DNA of 62,282 nucleotides, filler included. It is 6 parts of 6 records of this genome, joined end to end, with 100 filler letters (N's around TTAATTAATTAA, not from the genome) between each part and the next. Parts side by side here need not be neighbours in the genome. Positions count along the whole stretch, not along the records: positions 17,168 to 29,561 come from SRR31147125_44562; positions 29,662 to 42,442 come from SRR31147125_44599; 4 more parts are not named here. One strand, 5' to 3'. Positions 22,223-34,108 of the stretch are shown here, in pieces; position 1 is the stretch's first letter; every line of letters begins with the position of its first letter. A model generated the notes under the pieces. The model was not told the origin of the DNA, searched no databases, and saw nothing but the letters and a program-made list of their open reading frames with translations. The position numbers and the translations under genes are program-made.

Positions 22223-22480
22223 GTTTAATAACTCTCTCTAATCAGTTTTAAATCGTTACCACTGAAGCCACGGCATCTCAGCCCGGCAAAACAATGATGA
22301 TTTTTTAAAAAACATTTCTATACCATTAATTTATAAGCTTCGAAACACTCTTAAAATGATCCTGTCAAAGTTTGTTGAAAATATTTTGCCCATGCAGGCG
22401 TTTGTGAGTTTCGTTTGACCTTGTGAAAGGTGCTTTCATATTGATCGCGAAGATGCCGAGGCTTTTCAATTGGGGGAGGG

Positions 22481-23788
22481 TTAGATGTCTTTAAGCAACC
22501 GGGTTCCGGCAGACTTACTCCCAATGTGTGTCATGCTTTCCACCGCTTCAGCCAATGCCTCGAACTCCAGATTTGCAGCAACGGAAATGTCTTGATTCCC
22601 AGACTCTTCCAATGCCTGGACAACCGATGAGATGGTCAGTTGATGAATATCTTTGGCCGGCTGCCATGCCGCGCCAAAGGGGGTATGCACTTGGGATAAA
22701 ATGCCGCTTTGTCTCAGATCATCCAAAAGGGATCTCACTAAAGGAACGGGAATATCGATGGCAAGGGCAATCTCTTCTTCCGACAAGGGGGGCTTTTCCT
22801 GGGCAAAACGCCTCACACAGTTTAGGGCAATGGAAAGGGATATCACCTTTTTCATCTTGAAACTGATATTATTGATATCTTTGTCTTGACGTTCCAGAAG
22901 CTCGGAGTGCTCCCAAGCATAGGCGAAGTGAGCGCCAAGCAGCACAACACTCCAGCTGAGCTGCAGCCAGATGAGAAATAGAGGGAGGGCTGCAAAGCTC
23001 CCATATATGGCATTGTAGTGGGAGACCCCCACCTGAAAATTGATGTAAATGAGCTGTCCTGCCTGGTACAGAATCCCGGTGATGGTCCCTCCTGCAAGGG
23101 AGGCTTTGAGATTGGTACGTCTGTTGGGAATAAAAAGGTAGATAAAAACAAACAGGACACCCATGGCAACGAACGGCAATAGCTTCAGGAAAAAGGGAAT
23201 GGTGGCTTCCAGAATCAGCAGATGCCCTTCCTGGGAGAGAATGAAGGTCAGGCGCGCTTTGATGTAGACCGTGACACTACCGGCAAAAATCACCAGAATG
23301 GGAGCGGTAAAAGATAGGGCAATGTAATCGCTCAGCTTCCTTAGAAGTGATCGTCCTTTTTTGATCCGCCACACTTCATTGAAGGCAAGTTCCATGTGGT
23401 TGAGCATTCTGATCACAGCCCAGCCCAATAGAATCATACCCAAAAGGGCCATGATCCCCCCTTTGGTCTCTGACAATAGTTTTTCGGCAAAGTCGATGAT
23501 CTTCAAAGCAACGGCTTCCTGCCCGGCCAGGCTGTTGAGCAGTTCGTTTTTCAATATTTTTTCAAACCCGAATCCTTTGGCAATACCAAAGGCCATGGCC
23601 ATCACCGGAACGATGGAAAGAAGTGAGTAAAAGGTGAGTGCAGATGCCCGAAGGACAGCATTGTGCTCATTGAATCCCCGGATTGCCAGAATCAGGCAGC
23701 GACAACTTTGGGTGGAGATCGTTTTGGAAAAACCGAAGACTCCGATCAGCTGAAGGGCTAAAGCGTGAATGAATTGATCAAACGCCAT
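22481..23788 (-). CDS. YihY/BrkB family membrane protein with C-terminal HTH
   Basis: RASALTFYSLLSIVP, YNAIYGSFAALPLFLIWLQLSW. Confidence 0.9.
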   Translation of the reverse strand: MAFDQFIHALALQLIGVFGFSKTISTQSCRCLILAIRGFNEHNAVLRASALTFYSLLSIVPVMAMAFGIAKGFGFEKILKNELLNSLAGQEAVALKIIDFAEKLLSETKGGIMALLGMILLGWAVIRMLNHMELAFNEVWRIKKGRSLLRKLSDYIALSFTAPILVIFAGSVTVYIKARLTFILSQEGHLLILEATIPFFLKLLPFVAMGVLFVFIYLFIPNRRTNLKASLAGGTITGILYQAGQLIYINFQVGVSHYNAIYGSFAALPLFLIWLQLSWSVVLLGAHFAYAWEHSELLERQDKDINNISFKMKKVISLSIALNCVRRFAQEKPPLSEEEIALAIDIPVPLVRSLLDDLRQSGILSQVHTPFGAAWQPAKDIHQLTISSVVQALEESGNQDISVAANLEFEALAEAVESMTHIGSKSAGTRLLKDI

Positions 23789-23802
23789 GGCTTCAATCCT
23801 TA

Positions 23803-24759
23803 CTATCCTCTTGGGTGATATTTTTTATGCATATTCAAAAGGTGCTCTTTTGAAATGTGGGTATAAATTTGTGTGGTTGAGATATCGGAGTGCCCCAGCA
23901 TGGTCTGAACCGAGCGAAGATCTGCACCCCCTTCGATCAGGTGAGTGGCAAATGAGTGGCGGAAGGTATGGGGGCTGACATTGCCCCGGATGTCTGCCAG
24001 CAGACAGTACTTTTTCACGATTTTCCAGAATCCCTGCCGGGTCATGGGTTTACCTGCCCGGGCCACAAAGAGATACCTGCTGGCAATTTCTTTGAGCATC
24101 CTGGGACGACCTTCCTGAACCCACTCCAATGTTCGGTTTCTTGCATGGGAGCCCACCGGTACCACTCGTTCCTTGGAGCCTTTTCCAAAGATTCGGATGA
24201 ATCCTGCATCAAAGTGAATATCCTGAACTTTCATTTCAATCAGTTCCGACACCCGAAGGCCTGCGCCATATAGAATTTCCAGCATGGCAGCATTACGAAG
24301 TTCTCTCGGTTTGGTAAGATCCGGCATGGCCAGAATTCGCTCGATCTCCTCCAGGGATATGACCGAAGGGAGGTAGAGTCCGGTTTTAGGGATATCCACA
24401 TGTTTGATGGGATCGGTTCGGATCAGATCTTCGTTGATGAGATATTTGAACAGTCCCCTGGCGGCAATCAGATGTCTTGCTCTGGATTTTGCGGAAAGCC
24501 CCTCTTTTTTCAGATGCACCAGCCAGGCAAGGATGGCTGTGGTGTCCACATTGTCAACTCGCTCCATACCGTTTTTAATCATAAAATCGGCAAATCGAAC
24601 CAGATCTCGGCTGTAAGACTCCAGTGTGTTTGATGAGAGTCCTTTCTCAAGCACCATGTAGTCTGTGTATCGGCCGATCATCTCATCGAAGGGGGAGCCT
24701 TTTGAATATGGGGGGATTGCTGTCTCCATAGATTGACTTTCACTTGGCCAAAGGGTCAC
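23803..24759 (-). CDS. xerD: Site-specific tyrosine recombinase XerD
   Basis: GLRVSEL, GKGSKER, MTRQGFW, HTFRHSFATH, LGHSDISTTQIY. Confidence 0.92.
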   Translation of the reverse strand: MTLWPSESQSMETAIPPYSKGSPFDEMIGRYTDYMVLEKGLSSNTLESYSRDLVRFADFMIKNGMERVDNVDTTAILAWLVHLKKEGLSAKSRARHLIAARGLFKYLINEDLIRTDPIKHVDIPKTGLYLPSVISLEEIERILAMPDLTKPRELRNAAMLEILYGAGLRVSELIEMKVQDIHFDAGFIRIFGKGSKERVVPVGSHARNRTLEWVQEGRPRMLKEIASRYLFVARAGKPMTRQGFWKIVKKYCLLADIRGNVSPHTFRHSFATHLIEGGADLRSVQTMLGHSDISTTQIYTHISKEHLLNMHKKYHPRG

Positions 24760-27124
24760 TGTTGCTTCATGGAAAGGGAGATGCGCTTTCTTTCAATATC
24801 CACATCCAGCACAGTCACGTTCACTTTTTGGCGCACTTTGACCTCATCTGCCGGATTTTTCACAAAATGATCGGCCATTTGACTCACATGGACCAATCCG
24901 TCCTGATGGACACCGATATCCACAAATGCGCCGAATGCCGTCACATTGGTGATGATACCGGGTAACTTCATACCGGGCTCGAGGTCGGTGATCTCATGGA
25001 CTTCGTCTGAAAATGAGAAAATTTTGAAGCTTTGTCTGGGATCTCTGCCTGGGCGGAGCAGCTCCCGGGCGATGTCCTTGAGCGTGGGGATCCCGATTTT
25101 ATCCGTCACATAATGGGAAAGATCAATTTGGTTCACAAGTGTTTCACTTCCAATGAGATTTGTCATGGAAATCGGTTTTTTCGGATTTGCCGGATCCATC
25201 AGGTTTGCGGCCATTTTTTCGACAACAGGATAAGATTCCGGGTGAATGCCGCTCGAATCCAGGGGATTGTCCCCTTGATGGATCCTCAAAAATCCTGCAC
25301 ACTGCTCAAATGCCTTAGGCCCAAGCCTCGGGACTTTCAAAAGCGCTTTTCTCGTTTTGAACGGTCCATTGGCATCTCGATAACCAACAATATTCCCAGC
25401 CGTTGTCTTGTTCAATCCTGCCACCTGGCAAAGCAGCTCTTTACTGGCCGTATTGAGCTCAACCCCTACTTTGTTGACGCACAGGGTCACCACATCATCC
25501 AATGACTGCTGCAGCTTTTTTTGATCCACATCATGTTGATACTGGCCAACCCCGATGGATTTGGGATCGATCTTCACCAGTTCCGCCAAAGGATCCATGA
25601 GGCGCCTTCCGATGGAGACCGCCCCTCGAACCGTGATGTCATAATCGGGGAACTCCTCCCTTGCACATTGGGATGCGGAATAGATGGATGCGCCGCTTTC
25701 ATCCACCATGATAACGGGAATTTCAAATGGAGAGAGTGGCTTGTTATCCGGGATCCCTCCGCCATTTCCGACGCTGGTGGATCTGACGGGATTTTCGGAG
25801 ACAACATCTGTTATCCAAAGATCCGAAGTCAGGGAGAGGGAGCGAAGGAACTGTTCGGTCTCCCGTCCTGCTGTGCCATTACCCACGGCAATGGCCTCGA
25901 TCCGATGTTTCTTCACAAGATTTCGAATTGTTATGGACGCCTTTTCCATAGCCCCCCCGGATCCCATGGGAAAGATAACATCATGATCCAGCAATGCCCC
26001 TTGCCGGTTGAGGCAGACCACCTTGCAACCGGTTCGGAATCCCGGATCAACGGCCAAAATCGCCTTTTGGCCCAAAGGAGCCGACAGCAGCAGCTCTTCC
26101 ATGTTGGAGGCAAACACCTGGATGGCCTCTTCATCGGCTTTTTCCTTGAGATTTTTTATTGTCTCGTTTTCCATAGCCGGACCCAGCAGGCGTTTGTATC
26201 CATCCTTTATCGCTAGATTGAACTGGTCCATCCAATCAGAGGGCGTGGTTTTCTGAGGGTTGGAAGCACCGTTATTCAGGTTCAGGTAATGCCTTGAAAT
26301 CAAGTCGACCGCCATCTGTTCGGGGGGAAGGGCGTGGAGATTCAAAATCCCTTCGTTGACGCCTCGAAGCATGGCTAATACGCGATGGGACGGTGTCCGA
26401 CTGGCTAACTCCGACCAGTCAAAATAGTCCTTGAACTTAAGTCCCTCATCTTTTTTCCCTCTTTTGACTGCAGACACAAACGTCGCCTCTCGAGTGAACA
26501 GGCCACGCATTCGAGCTCTTATTGAAGGATCTTCACTGGTGATTTCGGCAACAATGTCTCTTGCTCCGGAAAGTGCATCCCCCCCAGAGATACCGACACT
26601 TAGATCTGTCGTTTTTCCATTTTCCCTTTCTCTTCTTTTAAATGGGATACTTTGGATGCGTCGGTGATAAATTTCAACGCGACCTGCTGGGGAGAATCAT
26701 TTGGTACGATCCGTCCGGTAGCGGCATCTAAAATCATCTGTGCAAGCGGGTCAAGTCCCTTTTGCCGCGCAATCATGGCTCTTGTTCTTTTTTTGGGACG
26801 ATATTGCTGATAGAGATCTTCCAGCTCTGTAGCGGTAGCCGCTTTTTTAATTGCTGATTTCAATTTATCCGTCAGCAGTTCCCGCTCTTCCAGGGAGTTT
26901 AAAATTGATTCCTTTCGATCAACCAGCTCTTTATGACGGGCAATGGCATCTCGGATAGTGGTGAGGACCACCTCATCCAAGGATCCTGTGGCTTCCTTTC
27001 GATAGCGCGCCATAAACGGAATGGTTGCGCCTTGATCCAGAAGATGGGCCACGGCTTGGATCTGTTTGCTTGCAATGCCGGTTTGGGTACTGATGGTTTC
27101 AAACATATATAAAAAACGCTCCAT
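24756..27124 (-). CDS. tex: Tex-family RNA-binding transcriptional accessory protein, one frameshift near 26610-26640
   Basis: GATIPFMARYRKEATG, DPGFRTGCK, IDPKSIGVGQYQHDV, C-terminal S1 domain; two ORFs join. Confidence 0.92.
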
Positions 27125-27133
27125 GATATTATT

Positions 27134-29561
27134 TTAACGAGGGCTTTCAAGGATCTTTGCCAGGAATTGACCGGTGTAGGATTGCTCACATTGGGCCACC
27201 TCTTCAGGGGTGCCGTATGCAACGATTTCTCCCCCTTTTTCTCCCCCTTCGGGCCCTAAATCAATGATGTGATCGGCATACTTGATCACATCCATGTGAT
27301 GCTCGATGATCACCACCGTATTTCCGGCGTCCACTAAACGGCTCAAAACCGACAGCAACCGCTTTATATCATCGGTGTGTAGGCCGGTGGTGGGCTCATC
27401 CAGAATGTAGATGGTCTTTCCTGTCCCCTTTTTGCTAAGTTCCCTGGCCAGCTTGATACGCTGGGCCTCACCGCCGGAGAGAGTGGTGGCGGATTGCCCG
27501 ATTTTAATGTAACCTAACCCTACATCCACCAGGGTCTGAAGTTTGGTTTTGATGGCAGGAATTTTGTCAAAGAAAACCAGGGATTGATTAACTGTCATAT
27601 TCAGCACATCGGCAATGTTTTTACCTTTATACTTGATATCCAGGGTTTCCCGGTTGTACCGTTTGCCTTTGCAGATATCACAAGCAACATAAACATCGGG
27701 GAGAAAATGCATTTCGATTTTGATGATTCCGTCTCCGGAACATGCCTCACACCGTCCCCCTTTCATGTTGAAGCTGAAACGGCCCGGCTTGTATCCCATG
27801 GTTCTGGCTTCATTGGTTTTGGCAAAAAGTTCCCGGATGGGGCCGAAGATGTTGGTGTAAGTGACGGGATTGCTTCTCGGGGTGCGACCGATGGGGGACT
27901 GATCAATATGGATCACCTTATCTAAGTATTCAAGTCCCTGAATATCCTTGTAGGCCCCTGCCGACAGTTTGCCTGCAAATAGATGGTTGGATAGCGCCCG
28001 AAAGAGGGTGGTGAGTACCAACGTCGATTTTCCGGAACCGGACACTCCGGTGACGCAGATCAGGGTGCCCAATGGAAAGGAGACATCGATTCCTTTCAAG
28101 TTGTTGCTATTGGCCCCCCGGATGAGAAGAGTGTTCCCATTTCCCTTTCGGCGACTATCCGGAATGGCAATACGTTTGCGTCCCGAGAGATATTCGCCGG
28201 TCAAAGAGATGAGAGGCGTATCGGCGGCGCAGGAAGTGACGACGGCGTTGGAGGTAACGGAGGCGCTTGTGTTGTCGGAATGAGGAGGGGGCGATTCCAA
28301 TAACAGCCTTGGAGGGCCGGAAAAGACCACCTCTCCACCGTTTATTCCGGCCCCAGGTCCCATATCGATGAGATGATCCGAAGCGAGCATGGTCTCTTCG
28401 TCGTGCTCCACGACAATGACACTGTTACCGATATCCCGCAGGTTGATGAGCGTATCCAGAAGGCGCTGATTGTCCCTCTGGTGAAGTCCGATACTGGGTT
28501 CGTCCAGCACATACATGACACCGGAGAGTTTGGAGCCGATCTGAGTGGCCAGTCGGATCCGTTGACTTTCCCCGCCGGAGAGGGTGGACGCCGACCGGTT
28601 CAATGTGAGATATTCCAGCCCCACGTTTTCCAGAAAAGAGAGGCGGGAGATCAGTTCTCTGACAATCCCCTCTGCAATGATCTTTTTTTTCCCTTCAAGA
28701 TCCAGGGTGACAAAGAGCTCCAGGGCATTCTTGACCGAGAGTTCGGTAATGCTTTGAATGGGGTGCCCATTGACCTTGACAGCGCTGGATCCCGGGTTGA
28801 GCCGGCTTCCATGGCACCTGGGACACACTTTGAAGGTCATGTAACCTTTTACCTCGTCTCTGGAGGCTTGGGAGTCGGTCTCTTCGTAGCGGCGTTTTAA
28901 ATTGGGGATGATCCCTTCGAAGGGCTTCTTGTAAGTGACGCGCCGCTCGCCTTTTTCAACATAAAAGGGAATCTCTTTTTTGCCGGAGCCGTTGAGCAGA
29001 ATTTTTTGAAATTTGGAAGAGAGATCTTTATACGGAGTGAAGATATCTTCACCGTAAAATCGGGTCAGGGCATCCAGAAATTCCACAAATTGCACGGAAT
29101 CCCTGCCGCTCCAAGGCACTACGGCCCCTTCCCTCAGGGAAAGATGCTTGTTGGGAACAATGAGATCGGGATCAAATTGGGTGATGGCCCCCAACCCGTC
29201 GCAATGGGGGCACGCCCCCCGGGGAGAGTTGAATGAGAAAGAGGCCGGAGTGAACTCTCCGTAGCTGATGCCGCAATGGGTGCATGCCGCAGTTTCGTTG
29301 AAAAGGACTTCCCGGTTGTCATCCATCAGTAAAATTTTGGCCATTCCCTGGGAGAGGGAGAGGGCAAGCTCAAGGGAGTCTGCCAGTCGTTTTTCAATCC
29401 CCGGTTTGATGATCAGCCGATCCACGACAGCGTCAATATCATGTTTGGCGTTTTTGTTGAGGGCCGGAATCTCTTCTGCGGGGTAGATGTCGCCATCGAT
29501 GCGGATTCTTGCGTATCCTTCCTTTTTGAGTCGTTCCAACAGCTTTTGATGCCCTCCTTTT
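27134..29561 (-). CDS. uvrA: Excinuclease ABC subunit A, 5'-partial
   Basis: FSFNSP.GACP.C, LSGGESQRIRLATQIGS, GVSGSGKS, LSGGEAQRIKLA. Confidence 0.97.
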
Positions 29562-29661
29562 NNNNNNNNNNNNNNNNNNNNNNNNNNNNNNNNNNNNNNN
29601 NNNNNTTAATTAATTAANNNNNNNNNNNNNNNNNNNNNNNNNNNNNNNNNNNNNNNNNNNN
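29562..29661. other. Artificial contig linker
   Basis: N44-TTAATTAATTAA-N44. Confidence 0.99.
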
Positions 29662-29692
29662 TTTTTCGTCGCGTACCGGATGGGCTTCGGTC

Positions 29693-30091
29693 CTACCAGT
29701 ACTGCATTGCATACTTGAACAGCCCTGCCAGTTCATCGAGGCCGGCCGAACGCGGGGAGAGCTTGGTCACCCGATGCTGGGGAAGCGTCCCTTCAACCAG
29801 TTTGGGGATATCGGCCTCGGTGAAGACGACGTCCTTGAGTCTGTTGGGCAGGTTGAATTTCTTGAAATAGTCGATCATCGTCTGGGCGAGCACCTCGCCG
29901 CCGTCCTTCTCGTCAATGCCGTCGACATCGGCACCCAGTGCCCGGGTCGTCTTGCTACCGGTGCCGGCTGTTGTCGGGATCGCGAACAGCGGTTTGAACG
30001 GGTCAGGAACGGGTTCGCCCTTGCCGATCGGGGCATTTACGTAGAGCAGGAAATCATCGGTCGGGTAGGTCGAGTTGAGGTTTGCCGGCAT
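29693..30091 (-). pseudogene. Hydroxyacid-oxoacid transhydrogenase / Fe-ADH remnant lacking N-terminus and central part
   Basis: YVNAPIGKG...IPTTAGTGS fused directly to C-terminal LVEGTLPQHRVTKLSPR. Confidence 0.8.
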
Positions 30092-30559
30092 CGCTCATTC
30101 ATCGCCGCGGTACGGGAGCTGAGGGTGACGCACACGACCGTTGCGCGGCGCATCTTCGCGCTTGAGTAGGTGCTCAACAGCAGGCTGTTCACCCGTTCGG
30201 AGAAAGGCTGCATACTGACGTCTGCGGGAGAGAACCTGCTCGTGTATGGCGAGCAACTCGAATGCACATTCAGCACCGTCACCGCCAACTTTCGCAGTTC
30301 GACAGTGGTCGCGCAGATGCTCGCGGTAGCCGCCGGCGCAGGCATCGGGGTGATCCCCTGTTTCATGGCCCGAAAGGTTCCGGACCTGGTCCTCATCCTT
30401 CCCCATATCCACGTGGAAAAATCCTACTGGCTGCAGGTCAACCCAGACTCGCAGGAACTCGCACGGGTAAGGGCGACAATCGATTTCATCGTGGAGCAGA
30501 CCCGGGAGAATCAGCTGGTGTTCAAAACCATGGGTGGTAATGATAACTGTTCTCAATGA
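30092..30559 (+). pseudogene. LysR-family regulator remnant
   Basis: HTH SFIAAVRELRVTHTTVARRIFALE, in-frame TAG 30167-30169, LFTR...LTSAGE, then jump to C-terminal AGAGIGVIPCF; no start. Confidence 0.8.
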
Positions 30560-30743
30560 AAGGGAAAATCATCTTTGAGAAACACACTATAATACCTTGC
30601 AAATTTATTATATTAGCATAAGTATGTGCGATGTTTTAGTGAGGTAGCTGATCTTGAATCACCGCTCAAAAGGGATTTCGATCGAAAAATCTCGAAGCGC
30701 CGCTTTGAACATCTACCAAGACCGATGAACCGCACATGACTAT

Positions 30744-31965
30744 ATGAAGAAAATATCGTCTGTTCTCGCCGCTTCGGTCATCGTTCTCTTTTTCAATTTC
30801 CCATTTTTTGTGTTCATCTGAAAATATTGATATCATTGATGAAACAGTGGTTTTGCTGGTTGGCCAGATAAAGGAGCAGGGTGCCATAGAAGGAATATAC
30901 CTGCAGTGTTCACCGGATAATTTTTTATCACCAACCGATTTGTCCAGACCACCCATCAGGGTGTTCGGTTTTCTGGAAATATATGATGAGGTGATCTCAA
31001 TCTCCCTGGTCGTTCGGAGGATGGAAGAGCGCGGAAGTCACAATCTCGCAACGGCGCAAGCTTCAATACCGCGAGCGTCCGTCCCGCCAGGCCTGCTGGC
31101 CATATCTGTCAGCGACCTTGCTGGACAGCTGATACGGAAAATGGAAATGCAGTTCAGCAATAGTTCCGGGCTCCCTGTCCGTGTGTCTGCCCCGATACCG
31201 GCTAAGCCTGGCCTCCCGACCTTGGAGTTCGGTCGGATGTTGCAGGATGAATTGGGCATTACCATTCTCGATTCTGAGGTTTTCGGGGGAACCGAGGTGA
31301 CAGGTTCCATGGGGAGCTCACTCGCTTTATCAACGAGGTATGAGGTCGGTGATGAGATCGTGGTGAGAACGGCCCTGACGAATAACCGGAACCGGGTTGT
31401 AGCTCGGGCCGTTGCCCGGGCTCCGCGCCATGGGTTCCCCGAGTATTTTTGGGAGCTGGCTCCTCTCGCTGCGCAGGAGGTCTGCGTCAATATTGAGGTA
31501 GAGGGAGCTCGTGACGCATCTCAGTACGTCGAGCGCTCACTCGTGTCGGCACTGACGGGTGTGATCGACAAGGCCAGCGGCATTCTTGTGCCGTGTTCGC
31601 AGGGTTCACAGGAGACCAGGATCGACGTTTCGCTCGCTGTCAGGGAGAAGTTGATGCATGAAGGGTATGGAATACTCTCCGGTGACCTTTTGGTGACAAT
31701 TGGAAAAAATCGGGAACTGCGGGGACAGATTGACTCAACTGGGACCTATCCCTTTACGGATGATGTAAAAGGTGGTATGACCAGCCTCGTTAGGGTTTTG
31801 GTGGATGAGGGGATCAAGAACTATATAAATACCAAGCTGTTAAGCACTTCCGGCACAAGTCGGAGAATTGTGCTTATCTTTCGTGACGGTTTAAAGGATG
31901 CTACGTATATCGAGAGTTGTCTTTCTGGCAGTTCTGTTTTTCCTTCCAGAAGTGCTGTCTGCTGA
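30744..31965 (+). CDS. Hypothetical exported protein (probable frameshift in T-run near 30805)
   Basis: Signal-like MKKISSVLAASVIVLFF from ATG 30744 is out of frame with the 385-aa ORF starting at 30808. Confidence 0.45.
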
Positions 31966-32562
31966 AATGTGGGTCGAAGGTGATTTTGAAAAAGTCTGGA
32001 AAGATTCGACTAAACCCACAGGTAAATACTATGTGGAACCGATTACCGGAATGAAGTTCATCCTCATCAAGGGGGGTGTTTCACGATGGGAAGCGCTGCC
32101 GGAAACGTGTCCGCAGATACGGATGAGAAACCGGAACACCAGGTATGCCTGAACGATTTTTACCTGTCCATCTTCGAGGTGACCAATGATCAGTTCGGTA
32201 CGTTCAATACGAACCACCGTTCCGGAAACTTCAAAGGCGTCACTTTAAACTCCAGTGATCGACCGGCGGTAAATATAACCTGGAACGAGGCGCGGGAATT
32301 CACTCGATGGCTGTCGAAGAAAAACGGAAACCAACTCAGGCTGCCGACCGAGGCTGAGTGGGAGTACGCGGTAAAAGCGGCGGGAGGAGACGACTTCTTC
32401 TGGGATGAGGACGAAAAGAAAATCTGCGAGTATGCAAATATCGCCGATATCTCGGTCAAAAAGCGATTGAAGCTGGATTGGGAGATTTCCGGGTGTAACG
32501 ACGGGTATCCCGTCACCGCACTGCGGATGGATATTGTGAAGGCCCTTGGGCATTCGCTGTAA
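31898..32562 (+). pseudogene. Formylglycine-generating-enzyme (SUMF1/FGE-sulfatase) domain protein, frameshifted and C-terminally truncated
   Basis: DEKPEHQV, FEVTNDQF, RLPTEAEWEYA, ANIAD, DGYPVTA then abrupt end; G6 frameshift near 32071-32076. Confidence 0.8.
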
Positions 32563-32624
32563 ACGAGCTTTCGGGGAGATGTTCTGAAATACCTGACCTC
32601 CCCGAGTGTTGGGAAAAATCCATT

Positions 32625-33233
32625 TTAGACGAACGGCAGAAAAACCCCAAATACCGCAAGAGCAACGCCCGACACTTTCTCCACATAGTAGATTCCCCTT
32701 CCAAGCCGTCTCTTGATATTTTTTCTGTTGATGACGAGCACCACGCAGCAGTCCCAGACAAAGACGATAGACATCATCCACAGCGCATAGAGTAGCCGCA
32801 TGATCAACCCGGTTTCGGCAGAAACCATGGCGGTGAACAGGGACAGGTAGAAGATTGCGTTCTTCGGGTTGAAGAGCGCTGACATGAAGCCGATAAGAAA
32901 CTGTTTCCGTACGCTTCTGCTATGCAGAAATGAAGTGTCCGGCGTATTGCTGATCTCAACCAGCGGTGCTCGCAGCAGCATGATCCCGATGAACAGCAGG
33001 TAGCCGGCCCCCAGGTACTTGAGCAGTACGATGAGCCACCCGGTCTCCCGGATGACCTCGAGGCCCAGGACCGCACACACCAGGTACAGTCCGTTGGCCA
33101 GCGCGATTCCCGCGCAGATCGAGAAACAATAGCGCAGCGGCAGTCTCAGCGAAGCCTGCATGATCAGGAAAAAATCGGGCCCCGGGCTGAGCAGCGCGAG
33201 AAAGTGCGCCGTTGCGATCAGGATGAATTCCAT
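32625..33233 (-). CDS. LysE family translocator
   Basis: LSPGPDF, KYLGAGYL, FNPKNAIFY; SD GGAGG. Confidence 0.92.
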   Translation of the reverse strand: MEFILIATAHFLALLSPGPDFFLIMQASLRLPLRYCFSICAGIALANGLYLVCAVLGLEVIRETGWLIVLLKYLGAGYLLFIGIMLLRAPLVEISNTPDTSFLHSRSVRKQFLIGFMSALFNPKNAIFYLSLFTAMVSAETGLIMRLLYALWMMSIVFVWDCCVVLVINRKNIKRRLGRGIYYVEKVSGVALAVFGVFLPFV

Positions 33234-33283
33234 GTGCTATCCTCCGTTTGTTTCGGTGGAGCATAGCCGGGTGGAAACCTGAT

Positions 33284-34108
33284 TTATTGTACAAAATTGA
33301 CGCGGTATTCCAACGGGGTGACAGTCGTCATCGCCTTGAAGGTGCGGTGAAAGTGGCTCTGGTCGAAAAATCCGCAGATCAGCGCAGTGTCTCCGATATC
33401 ATCACCTTTTCTCAAGAGCCTTTTCGCCTGCTCGATCCGGCAGTTCATACGGTAGGCGTGCGGGGTTATTCCGGTGAGTGATTTGAAGCGCCGGATAAGA
33501 GAGTAGGGGTTCACGCCGAGGTCGGCGGCAAGTGCAGCAATCGGGAGATCGTCCTGCAGGTCGGCGGCGAGCAACTGCTTGAGGCGGACAACTGTGTGAT
33601 CCTCTATGGTGCAGGTTTCCGCCTGTTGAGGGCAGCACACGTTGGTAAATACCTGGACGGCCAGGTCGAAGATGAGCTGTTCTTTCTGCTGGAGGTGTAC
33701 CTGCTCGTCCATCAGCTGCACCATGGTGTGACAGTAGAGTTCGTAAAGGGCGTCGTTATCGATGCGGATTTTTCCCATCGGGATGAAGTTCTCCGTCTCC
33801 CAGAGGGACTGCTGCACCTCGGTGCACCAGCCGGCATCGAGGTAGAGCATGTAGTAGCTCCGGCCGGCCCCGGAGACCGGGTTGCAGGCATGAAGCGTTT
33901 CCGGATTCATTACGGCAAGAGAACCGGGCCGCAGGAACGCTTTTTCATCCTCTACCCGGTAAAATACTTCACCTTCATCCACCGCACCGATGGACAGGCT
34001 CTGGTGCATGTGCATCTTGAACGGAGCACTGCTGCCCTGCGAATAGCGCAGCTCCGCAAACGGGAGAAGGGCGTGTTTGAAGAATCGTTCGGTTCGCATT
34101 GTTTGCAT
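33284..34108 (-). CDS. AraC family transcriptional regulator
   Basis: Cupin HMH...LHAC; C-terminal GFFDQSHFHRTFK. Confidence 0.93.
   Translation of the reverse strand: MQTMRTERFFKHALLPFAELRYSQGSSAPFKMHMHQSLSIGAVDEGEVFYRVEDEKAFLRPGSLAVMNPETLHACNPVSGAGRSYYMLYLDAGWCTEVQQSLWETENFIPMGKIRIDNDALYELYCHTMVQLMDEQVHLQQKEQLIFDLAVQVFTNVCCPQQAETCTIEDHTVVRLKQLLAADLQDDLPIAALAADLGVNPYSLIRRFKSLTGITPHAYRMNCRIEQAKRLLRKGDDIGDTALICGFFDQSHFHRTFKAMTTVTPLEYRVNFVQ

Noticed and set aside
23803-24759. Phage or island integrase
   Set aside because: Sequence and housekeeping context (uvrA-tex-xerD-yihY) fit chromosomal XerD.
17278-29486. Numerous + strand ORFs in contig B
   Set aside because: Antisense shadows of well-supported minus-strand genes.
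31898-32562. FGE-type domain as a DGR target
   Set aside because: The C-terminal region where a variable repeat would sit is missing; no template repeat or RT.
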